From Lysobacterales bacterium (GTDB lineage: Bacteria; Pseudomonadota; Gammaproteobacteria; Xanthomonadales; SZUA-5): a stretch of DNA of 64,000 nucleotides. A model generated the notes under the pieces. That model worked only from the letters and a program-made list of their open reading frames with translations. It ran no database searches and had not been told where the DNA came from. The stretch spans positions 300 through 64,299 of the forward strand of contig JALHMG010000029.1 in the NCBI GenBank assembly GCA_022844135.1, in the 5' to 3' direction. This document shows positions 49,556-57,937 of this stretch, piece after piece; the first letter of the stretch is position 1, and each line of letters opens with the position of its first letter. Position numbers and translations under genes: made by a program.

Positions 49556-52318
49556 ATGAATGCCGATCGCGAACCGATCACCGCCGACGTCCTGGCGCAA
49601 GCCTGTGCGCTATTCGATCGTTGCGTCGACTTGCCTATCCCGGAGCGGGAGGCGCTGCTCGATACCGAGCGGCCGGCGCAGCCGGTGACAACCCTGCTGC
49701 GATCGATGCTCGCCGCTGATGGCCGCAGCGGCGATCCCTTCGAAACGCCGGCGGCGGTCTGGGCCGCGCAATTGCACGTCGATACCGAGGTGGTAGACGA
49801 GCTGATCGGCCAATTCATCGGCGACTTCAAAATCATCGCGCGGCTCGGTCAGGGTGGGTCGTCGGTGGTGTTCGCGGCCGAGCGCGATGTCGCGGGGGCA
49901 AAGCAGCGCGTCGCTCTGAAGCTGCTGCGCACCGGGCTGTTCTCGAACGAGGCGAGGCGCCGATTTCGTCGCGAACAAGCGATTCTCGCTCAGCTCACGC
50001 ATCCCAATATCGCGCGCCTGATCGATGCCGGCGTCAGCGCGACGGGTATTCCTTACATCGCCATGGAACTGGTCGACGGCCGCCCGTTGCTCGACGATGT
50101 ACGCGCCCGCGCGCTGGACATGCCGGCGCGGCTGCGACTGCTGGCTGAGGTCGCGCTGGCCGTCGATGCGGCGCATCGCGCCCTGATCGCACATCGCGAT
50201 CTCAAGCCGGCCAATGTTCTGGTCGACCAGGACGGTCGGGTGAAGGTGCTGGACTTCGGCATCGCCAGGCTGATCGACGACGACGATCCCACCCAGACTC
50301 AGCACATCGCACTGACGCCCGGCTATGCGCCGCCCGAGCAATACCGGCAGGGCGCGCCGACCACGGCGATCGACGTGTATGCGCTGGGCGTCATTGGCGC
50401 GGAGTTGGTCGTCGATGCGCGCCTGGGCCCCGATGCGCGAGTCCAGCCGGGGCCGGACGCGAGCGCCATCCGGGCGCGCTGGCAGGCGCTCGACGCCGAT
50501 CTGGCCACTCTGCTGCGCACCGCGCTCGCCGAGGATCCGCGGCGGCGTTACGCGTCCGCGCGCCATCTGGCCGACGACATCGGCCGCTATCTGGCGCGCG
50601 AGCCGATCGCCGCTCACCCGCCGTCCCGAGCCTACCTGGCGCGTAAATTCCTGGCGCGCCATCGTGTCGGCGTGGCCGTTGGTGCGGCGATGCTGGCCAC
50701 CCTGGTAGTGGCCTTCGCGCTGGTGCTGGCGCAGCGCGATCTGGCGCGCCAGCAGGCCGCGCGGGCCGACAGCATGCGCGACTTCATGTTCGCCGCATTC
50801 GCCGAGGCCGAACCCGGCGGCGAGCGTGATGGGCCGGCAACCGTGCTCGACGCGGTGCGTCGGGCTGTCGCGACGAGCGATGCCGATCCCGGCGCCGATC
50901 CGCAAGCCCGACTCGAGCTGCGGCTGCGCCTCGCGCAAGTGCTGCAGCGTCAGGGCGATCTTGGCGGCGCGCGCAGGCTGATCGAGGATGTGCGGCAGGA
51001 GGCTGGCGAACGCTGGGGCCCGACCAGCGCGCTGGCGATGGATGCCGCGATCCAACGAGTGGGAAACAGCATGGCGCAAGGCGAGTTTGCGCAGGCACGA
51101 GCCGAGCTCGATGGCGTGCCGCCGCCGACCGACGACTTGCGCGACCAGGCAGAGCGGCTGGCCGTGTCGGCGGTGCTCGCCTCGCGCGTGCGCGATCTGG
51201 CGCGGGCGCAGACCGATGGCGCGGCGGCGATGGCGCTGGCGCGCCGCAGCGGCGATGCGGAGACGATCCGCACCACGCTCAACGACTGGGGCGTCGTGTT
51301 GCTCGCATCCGATCGGTTCGCGGATGCCGCCGTCGCCTACGAAGAACTCCTGGCGCTCAATCGCGCGCGCTTCGGCGAGCGCCATGTTCGCGTGGCCAAC
51401 GTGCACGCCGCGCTGGCGCGCGCCTACCGACGCAGCGGTGACCTGGATCGAGCAGAAGCGGCGGCGCGGCTGGCTGTGGAGATCGATCGAGCGATCTACC
51501 CCGGCGACGATCGTCATGCGGCGGTGAACCTCAACGCGCTGATGATGGTGCTGCGCGAGCGCGGCGATCTGGATGCGGCACTGCCGGTGGCGCGCGAGGC
51601 CTTGCGCATCAATCTCGCTACGCTCGGCGAAGGCCATCCGGAGACCGCACTGGCGCGTTATGGTGTGGGCGATCTGCTGGCTGCGCGCGGCGATTACGCC
51701 GAAGCAGCGACGCTGCTGGCTGAAAGCCTGGCCGACTATGAACGCGAATTTGGTGCGAATCATTGGCGCGCGGCGGCGGCGCGCACGGCTTACGGATTTG
51801 CGCTTGGCATGAGCGGTTCGATGTCGGCTGGGGTCGCCGAGCTGGAGCAGGCGATCGACGCGCTGCGCGCGCTGCCCGAGGGCGACCCGGATCGATTGTG
51901 CGGCGCCATCGAACGGCGCGCGCGTCTGGCGCAACAAGCAGGCGATGTCGCTGCCGCACTGCTGTGGCTGGATCGGCTGCAGGCCGCCGATCGCGATCCG
52001 CCGCCGACCCGCGCGTGCTGGCCAGGCAATGTCGACGTGCGGCGCGCAGCGGTAGCGCTCGATGCGGGCCGTTACGCGGATGCCGACGCAGCGCTGCAGC
52101 GAGCCAAACCGCTGCTAGTGCAGCTTGGTGGTTCGAACCCTCTGGTGCGCGTTGAACATGCGCTCTTGCAGGCGCTGCTGTTGGATGCCCTGGGCCAACC
52201 GGTAGCCGCAGCAGCAGCCGAGGCAGAGAGGCAACTCGCCCGTTTGCCCAGCATTCCCGCGACGCTGCGCAATTCAGCCGCAGCGCTGCGCGAGCGGCGT
52301 CAACCGAGCGACGATTAA
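49556..52318 (+). CDS. Hanks-type Ser/Thr protein kinase with TM helix and TPR repeats
   Basis: GQGGSSVVF, VALK, HRDLKPAN, DFG, YAPPEQ. TM VGVAVGAAMLATLVVAFALVLA, then LGEGHPET-type TPRs. Confidence 0.92.
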   Translation: MNADREPITADVLAQACALFDRCVDLPIPEREALLDTERPAQPVTTLLRSMLAADGRSGDPFETPAAVWAAQLHVDTEVVDELIGQFIGDFKIIARLGQGGSSVVFAAERDVAGAKQRVALKLLRTGLFSNEARRRFRREQAILAQLTHPNIARLIDAGVSATGIPYIAMELVDGRPLLDDVRARALDMPARLRLLAEVALAVDAAHRALIAHRDLKPANVLVDQDGRVKVLDFGIARLIDDDDPTQTQHIALTPGYAPPEQYRQGAPTTAIDVYALGVIGAELVVDARLGPDARVQPGPDASAIRARWQALDADLATLLRTALAEDPRRRYASARHLADDIGRYLAREPIAAHPPSRAYLARKFLARHRVGVAVGAAMLATLVVAFALVLAQRDLARQQAARADSMRDFMFAAFAEAEPGGERDGPATVLDAVRRAVATSDADPGADPQARLELRLRLAQVLQRQGDLGGARRLIEDVRQEAGERWGPTSALAMDAAIQRVGNSMAQGEFAQARAELDGVPPPTDDLRDQAERLAVSAVLASRVRDLARAQTDGAAAMALARRSGDAETIRTTLNDWGVVLLASDRFADAAVAYEELLALNRARFGERHVRVANVHAALARAYRRSGDLDRAEAAARLAVEIDRAIYPGDDRHAAVNLNALMMVLRERGDLDAALPVAREALRINLATLGEGHPETALARYGVGDLLAARGDYAEAATLLAESLADYEREFGANHWRAAAARTAYGFALGMSGSMSAGVAELEQAIDALRALPEGDPDRLCGAIERRARLAQQAGDVAAALLWLDRLQAADRDPPPTRACWPGNVDVRRAAVALDAGRYADADAALQRAKPLLVQLGGSNPLVRVEHALLQALLLDALGQPVAAAAAEAERQLARLPSIPATLRNSAAALRERRQPSDD

Positions 52319-52421
52319 GGCGCAACGACCAGCGCACAAGTCCTCGGACGAAGGGCGTGAGGTTTGACAGCGCCAGGTCGCGAACCTGATCTTACCCTTG
52401 TCTTACGTTGGCAGCGCTGTC

Positions 52422-52685
52422 ATGGAAACCACCAGGCTCTCCAGCAAAGGTCAGGTCATCATTCCCAAGGCTTTCCGGCGTTCTCACCGCTGGGAGCCCG
52501 GCCTTGAACTGATGGTCATCGACACCGGAGAAGGGTTGTTGCTGAAACCCAAGGCTCCGTTTCCGCCCTCCAATCTCGCGGACGTTGTTGGCATGTTCAA
52601 GAACAAGGTTTCGCCCAAGACCGATGCCGAGATTCAAGCGGCGCTGACGGCGGACTTGCGGAGAATTTGGCGTGATCGCCATTGA
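52422..52685 (+). CDS. AbrB/MazE/SpoVT-family antitoxin
   Basis: METTRLSSKGQVIIPKAFR...WEPG...EGLLLKP. Confidence 0.88.
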   Translation: METTRLSSKGQVIIPKAFRRSHRWEPGLELMVIDTGEGLLLKPKAPFPPSNLADVVGMFKNKVSPKTDAEIQAALTADLRRIWRDRH

Positions 52686-52862
52686 TACCAAGGTCCTGGT
52701 CCGACTTCTGGTCAACGACGATCCGGCACAGAGCAAAGCCAGCCAACGGTTGTTCGCATCCGAGGACGTTTTTATGCCGGGCGGGATTCGTTGAAGACCT
52801 TCGATGCCGGGTTTATCAAGGTCGCCAGGAAACACACCAGCCAGCGCGTAGAACGGCCCTGA
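52672..52862 (+). pseudogene. vapC: VapC/PIN toxin remnant (internal deletion plus frameshift)
   Basis: GTG 52672 gives MIAIDTKVLVRLLVNDDPAQSKASQRLFASEDVFMPGGIR-stop (52794). A second frame gives LKTFDAGFIKVARKHTSQRVERP-stop (52862), a typical PIN C-terminus. The middle is missing. Confidence 0.8.
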
Positions 52863-52989
52863 GGCTGGGGCATCGATGTCCGTCTGATCCGCTTGCGCGA
52901 TTGCCTCGCAGCGCCGGGCAAGCTGCGCTGCCGCCATCGGCGGATTAACGTCGGCTCAGCTTAGCGCCTGCTGTCGATTTGCCGCAGCA

Positions 52990-53021
52990 TGTCGCAAACC
53001 GCATCCATCGCTCGTTGCTCG
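52990..53021 (+). promoter_or_regulatory. Putative ECF promoter, class 2 (TGTCGCA-N16-CGTTRCTCG), upstream of the beta-helix protein
   Basis: TGTCGCA-AACCGCATCCATCGCT-CGTTGCTCG; twin of 49519-49550. Confidence 0.7.
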
Positions 53022-53058
53022 GTTCAACTCGCCGACGAACCCTTCGAGGATGCACGCC

Positions 53059-55392
53059 ATGTTCAACGCCATTCGATTCTGCCAAACGCTGATCTTGCTG
53101 ATGTCCGGTGTTGTTGCCGGCTCGGCTTCGGGTGCAACTTTTCTGGTGGGAACGGGCGCAGGCTGCAATTTCAATACGATCCAGGCTGGCATCAATGCCG
53201 CCGCCGCCAATCCCGGTGCCGATGTTGTGCGGATATCGAATGCCACCACCTGGGGCCCGGCGGGCGTGACCATCGGCCAACAGGACGTCACGCTGGACGG
53301 GCGGTTTGCGACCTGCACCGACAGTGTCGCGAACGGGAACTACGCGCAGCTGGTCGGTAACGCCGTCAATCCGGACAGCAGGCCGGCGATGATCAGCGTG
53401 ACCGGCAGCGGTGTCCGTCGACTGATCGGTCTGCAAATCCGCAACAACGTGCGTGGCCTGAACTTGAATGGCGGTGCCATCGCACATTCGGGAACCGGCG
53501 AGCTGATCCTGAGCGAGATGGATCTGCGCGACAATCGTGCGCAGTCGGGTGGCGCCATTTACAGCACGGGCGGGATCGTGACCCTGTCGAACCGCGTGCT
53601 GATCGAAAACAACATCGCCGATTTGAGCGGCGGTGGCATTGGCCTCGGCGGCGGCGTGCTGTTCGCCGTCGGCTCGGATCTGTCGATTGCCGGTAACGAA
53701 GCTTATCGCGTGGGTGGTGGACTAATCCTCGCGGGATCGTCGCAAGCCTATATCGCCTCGCCTGGATTCGGCAGCCGGGCGGTACTGCAGTCGAATCGCG
53801 CCGGCATTTCTTTCGATGCCGGCGCGACCAGCGGCGGCGCCGTCGGTTTCGGCGTTTCGTTCGGCGCCAGGCTAGTGGTGTATTCGACAAGCGCCAACGC
53901 GCCGACGCGGATCGCCGACAATCTGGCGCGCGACAATGGCGGCGCTGTTTACCTAGGCGATTCGCTCGCGGGCGAATCGGCGACCGTGTGCCTGATGGAC
54001 GTGCACCTGTCCGCCAATCGCGCCAACGGTGGCGCCGCGCTGTACGCCGAAACCGCCAACGACACCAACAGCAGCGTGGTCTACAACCGGCCCACGGCCG
54101 CCGAATGCAGCGTTCCGGCGAACGCACCGGCGCCGCCGGTGCGCTGCAATCGCAGTGTGATCGGCTGCAATACGATCGAGGGCCACATCACCCAACTGCC
54201 CGGCGGCGCGCCGAGCGGCGGCGGCGTGGTCACCGTTCGCAGAAACCTCAAACTCACCATGCGCGATGCCAGATTGCTCGACAACTCGGCGGGGTTCGTG
54301 TTGAGCGCCACCGACGCTGCTCAGGTCGACGTCAACACCGCGCTGATGGCTGGCAATACGGTGTCTGGCAGCATCGTCCGGCTGGGATTTGCGCTCAGCA
54401 ATCAAGGTCTGGCGATGCGCAACCTGACGATCGGCGGCAACACGTTCACTGGCGCATCCGGCAATCCCAGCATCATGCTCGATACCGCGCCCGCCACGGT
54501 TGATTTCAACAACAATCTGATCTTTCAGCCGGGCCGCACGGCGTTGGTCAGCACTTTCGCTCTCACCAACGCCAACTTCGATTGGCGCTTCAACGCCACG
54601 AACACGCCTCAGGTGTTGCCGAACCCGCAGCAAGCCGTGTTCAGCGATGCGCGCTTCGAAAATCCCGCCGTCGGCGACTATCGTTTGCGAATCGGATCGG
54701 ACGCGGTCAACGCCTTCGCCGCCGGACCGGCTATCGATGCCAACCTCGATCTGGACGGCCGCTCGCGGCCGATTGAACTGAGCATTCTTGCGCCTGAACT
54801 CAGCAGAGACGACCTGGGCGCGTTCGAGCGCCAGGAGGGCGATATCTGGCTGGTCAATGGCTCGTTCTCGGCGACATCGCAACTGCGCTATTGGGAACCC
54901 AGCGCCAACGGCGAAGCGATTCCGGGGGTGGTCTGGGATGCGCAAGACGCCGTCGGCAACCCGAACTCCGGATCGGCACTGGTGAATCTTCCGGCCTCTC
55001 TGGCGCCTCGACTCACCGTGCTGCGGCGCTGCTTCAACGTACCGGGTCCCGGTCGCTATACCATCACCGCCATGGCCCAGCGCGGCAGCGGTTTGAACGC
55101 GGACGACGCCAGGCTGAGTTGGCGATTTCGAGTCAACGATGCCACTTGTACCGCTGCGGACGTGCAGGGCAGCGGCGAAGTGGCCTTCGTCACCGGCAAC
55201 CTGTTTCAACCGCTCGCCGCGCCGCTCGCGATCGATCTCGCGTCCACCACATCCAACTCGACGATCGAGATTCGTCTCGACGCGGTCAGTGGCTTGAACC
55301 TCAACGGACTCACGAACATTCGCTTCGACGACATCGCTATTGGCGGCTCACCGCTGCGCCCCGATGGCATTTTTGCCAGCAGCTTCGAATGA
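53059..55392 (+). CDS. Secreted beta-helix protein with choice-of-anchor Q-like and CBM-like C-terminal domains, IFASSFE tail
   Basis: GAGGA RBS, signal peptide, CNFNTIQAGINAA, GGAI repeats, DYRL..GSDAVN...DLDGRSR...DLGAFE, LVNGSF...RFDDI, then PDGIFASSFE-stop. Confidence 0.85.
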   Translation: MFNAIRFCQTLILLMSGVVAGSASGATFLVGTGAGCNFNTIQAGINAAAANPGADVVRISNATTWGPAGVTIGQQDVTLDGRFATCTDSVANGNYAQLVGNAVNPDSRPAMISVTGSGVRRLIGLQIRNNVRGLNLNGGAIAHSGTGELILSEMDLRDNRAQSGGAIYSTGGIVTLSNRVLIENNIADLSGGGIGLGGGVLFAVGSDLSIAGNEAYRVGGGLILAGSSQAYIASPGFGSRAVLQSNRAGISFDAGATSGGAVGFGVSFGARLVVYSTSANAPTRIADNLARDNGGAVYLGDSLAGESATVCLMDVHLSANRANGGAALYAETANDTNSSVVYNRPTAAECSVPANAPAPPVRCNRSVIGCNTIEGHITQLPGGAPSGGGVVTVRRNLKLTMRDARLLDNSAGFVLSATDAAQVDVNTALMAGNTVSGSIVRLGFALSNQGLAMRNLTIGGNTFTGASGNPSIMLDTAPATVDFNNNLIFQPGRTALVSTFALTNANFDWRFNATNTPQVLPNPQQAVFSDARFENPAVGDYRLRIGSDAVNAFAAGPAIDANLDLDGRSRPIELSILAPELSRDDLGAFERQEGDIWLVNGSFSATSQLRYWEPSANGEAIPGVVWDAQDAVGNPNSGSALVNLPASLAPRLTVLRRCFNVPGPGRYTITAMAQRGSGLNADDARLSWRFRVNDATCTAADVQGSGEVAFVTGNLFQPLAAPLAIDLASTTSNSTIEIRLDAVSGLNLNGLTNIRFDDIAIGGSPLRPDGIFASSFE

Positions 55393-55511
55393 TCTGCGGA
55401 CGCCGGAGCTGGCGCCGAACCGCTGGGGGAACGCGGAGCGGGCTACGTGCAGCTTGGCAACGTGCCCTGGCGCGCGTAGGGTCCGCGCTGACCTTCCAGC
55501 GGATTCTGTGC

Positions 55512-56348
55512 ATGCGCACTGCCATTGTTGCCGGGCTCCTCCTCAGCGCGCAAAGCGCTCAGACGCAATCGCTCTCCGGCCCCGAGAGTCTGGAGTACGA
55601 CCGCGCCAACGAGCGCTACCTGATCAGCAACCGCAGCGCCGGACAGATCCTCGCGCGATCTCCGTCCGGTACGCTGACCGTGTTCACCGATGATCCGGCT
55701 GGGCCCGCGGGCATGGAGATCGTCGCCGACACGGTCTTCGTCGCCGATGGCAGTTTTATCCGCGGCTACCGTCTCAGCGACGCGGTACGTGTGGTCAATT
55801 ACCAGATCGCGGGCGCTGGCTTCTTGAATGGTCTCGCCAGCGACGGCGGAGCGCGCTTGTGGGCCAGCGACTTCAGCGGCCAGCGGCTCCACCAGGTGGA
55901 TATCAGCAACTTCGCCAGCATCAGCCACACAACCCCGATCAGCGCCACCGGATTCACCCCGAACGGGCTGTGGTGGGACCGCCGCAACGAGCGTCTGCTG
56001 ATCGCCAGCTGGGGCAGCAACGCGCGTCTGTTTGCATGGGCCACTGGACAGACCAGCGCCACCTTGATCGTGACGACTACCTTCGGCAACTTCGACGGCA
56101 TCGTTCAGGACTGCGACGGTCGCAGCTACGTCTCAGCCTGGAGCGCTGCGGCTATCCTCAGCGCCCCCGCACCTCTCAACGCCCAATCCCAGTTCACCGT
56201 ATTCGCCGCCGGCCAATCCAATCCGGCTGACATCGCCTATACCGTCGGCGACGGCGAGATCGCTGTCCCGAACGCCGGAAACAATTCGCTTGCCTTCATC
56301 GCCACTGCCTGCGCCGGCGTGCTGTTCAGGGATGGCGCTGAGGGCTGA
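55512..56348 (+). CDS. SMP-30/gluconolactonase-like beta-propeller protein with LFRDGAEG tail
   Basis: Signal peptide, GPESL, FLNGL, PNGLWWD, FDGI, PADIAY, then GVLFRDGAEG-stop. Confidence 0.82.
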   Translation: MRTAIVAGLLLSAQSAQTQSLSGPESLEYDRANERYLISNRSAGQILARSPSGTLTVFTDDPAGPAGMEIVADTVFVADGSFIRGYRLSDAVRVVNYQIAGAGFLNGLASDGGARLWASDFSGQRLHQVDISNFASISHTTPISATGFTPNGLWWDRRNERLLIASWGSNARLFAWATGQTSATLIVTTTFGNFDGIVQDCDGRSYVSAWSAAAILSAPAPLNAQSQFTVFAAGQSNPADIAYTVGDGEIAVPNAGNNSLAFIATACAGVLFRDGAEG

Positions 56349-56471
56349 GCGCGGCCGGCCCGCGCGCCATGTCGCACGATCTCTACTGAACAGCCCGGAA
56401 ATCGTCTGCGGCTGGGGACTGGCATTGCTGGAGTGGGACGTGGGCGACTGCCGTGTCACGATGTCGAGTCA

Positions 56472-56867
56472 CTAGCCCGCATATTTCATGAGGGAACGCG
56501 GAAGATCGCGAAGGGCTTTGCGCCGGAATCGAGGCGCGAGGAGGGTGAGAGCGGGCAAGCTTGCGCCGCATGCGGCGCGCCCGCTCGAACGGGCGGCGGC
56601 TGCGCCGCCGCACCGGGCGGAATGGTTGACCCGGCCCGTCAGCGTAGCTGCCGGGCGCTCGGAGCATCGCGCGCTGCGCGCGCAAACGATGCCCCTCTCC
56701 CATTGGGACGACGAGCAACGAAGAGTCCGGCGCAAAGAACGAGCGAGGGCCGTGTTAGCGAGGAAATGGCAGCGAACACTCTGTCAGTACGACCAACTCG
56801 ATGATTTCCACGCTGTAACAACGAAATCAAGCCATTTCATCGCGACCTCATGAAATATGCGGGCTAG
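56472..56867 (+). mobile_element. MITE-like palindromic element, long copy (396 bp)
   Basis: Perfect 22-bp terminal inverted repeats CTAGCCCGCATATTTCATGAGG / CCTCATGAAATATGCGGGCTAG. Same flanks as 34665-34918 plus ~140 bp of extra GC hairpins. Confidence 0.8.
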
Positions 56868-57394
56868 GGCGCCGCCAACGGCTCCTCCGGCTCGCGCCAG
56901 GCGTGAATGGCATCGGGAAGCGCTAAGGCGGCGAAGAAACAGACGAAGGCGTAATCGTGCAATGCCTCGGCGGACAGCGGCAACATCCAGCCGAACTTGA
57001 CGGCCAGCTCATTGCCGATGTAGCTCAACAAGTACGCCATCATCAGCGCGATGGCACCCAGATACGCGAAGCGATAGGTTTTTCCGCGCGCGGCCAGAAT
57101 GCGCTCGTCGACCAACTCGTCTGGGTAGTGGGTCATGCCGCGGACCGCCGTACGCAGCAGCATGAGGCAAGACAGGTAGACGAGCATTGCGAACAAATTG
57201 ACCCAGGGCTGGGCGAGCAGATGTCCGAGCAGTAAGGTCACCAGGCTCATTACGGTGATCACCACTAACTGGCGCCGTCGGGACTGGACGCGCAGCCAGT
57301 TGTAGCGAGTGTCCAGTTGGTCGCGCCTGACATCCGCTGCCGCCTGGCTCAGAGTGTTGTCGCGTCGCGATCGAAACCACGATGGTCGATTCAT
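56864..57394 (-). CDS. Hypothetical membrane protein (XRE-associated, DER motif)
   Basis: Four hydrophobic segments and LVDERIL. ATGA coupling to the upstream HTH gene. The stop is the TAG of the element's terminal CTAG. Confidence 0.75.
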   Translation of the reverse strand: MNRPSWFRSRRDNTLSQAAADVRRDQLDTRYNWLRVQSRRRQLVVITVMSLVTLLLGHLLAQPWVNLFAMLVYLSCLMLLRTAVRGMTHYPDELVDERILAARGKTYRFAYLGAIALMMAYLLSYIGNELAVKFGWMLPLSAEALHDYAFVCFFAALALPDAIHAWREPEEPLAAP

Positions 57395-57666
57395 GCGTCT
57401 GTCCTCGGTGATTGGTAAAGCTGCGAGCTCATGGGCTGCAGCGGGTCTAAAGAGAAAATCGCTTCGATCGGCAGCTCGAAGAGTCGCGACAACTGCAACG
57501 CAAGCAGCAGGCTGGGGTTGTACTCGCCGCGCTCCAGATACCCGATGGTCTGGTAGTGCACCCCGACCGCGTCTGCAACCATTTGCCGGGTCAGCCCCTT
57601 GTCGGCCCGAAGTGCCGCAAGTCGGTTATAGAGTGCTGGCTCGGTACTACGTGATGGTCTATTCAT
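57391..57666 (-). CDS. XRE-family helix-turn-helix regulator
   Basis: NRLAALRADKGLTRQMVADAVGVHYQTIGYLERGEYNPSLLLAL...IEAIFSL. Confidence 0.9.
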   Translation of the reverse strand: MNRPSRSTEPALYNRLAALRADKGLTRQMVADAVGVHYQTIGYLERGEYNPSLLLALQLSRLFELPIEAIFSLDPLQPMSSQLYQSPRTDA

Positions 57667-57937
57667 GTGACTAAAAATAGCATAAGTACTACATACGGAT
57701 ATGTGCCGTTCGTCACCGCTACCGTCGGACTGCGCGAAAGCGGCGCTCATGGTGGCAACAGGCGTCAACGCGCGAGTGCTGCGCGATCGATTGGGCCCGT
57801 GCTGCAATGACCGCAATGACTGGTTCGCTGATAGTGTCCGATCGAAACGTGCCGCGGACATCCAGTGCGGTTTCCCCTGTAGCGGTTCGCACCACAAAAC
57901 CAGAGATGCGTGGGCGGCGACGGGCAAAAACTGAGAG

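Noticed and set aside
57380-57666. HTH gene and downstream membrane gene both begin MNRPS (ATGAATmGACCATC)
   Set aside because: The match is too short to distinguish from chance or a small local duplication.
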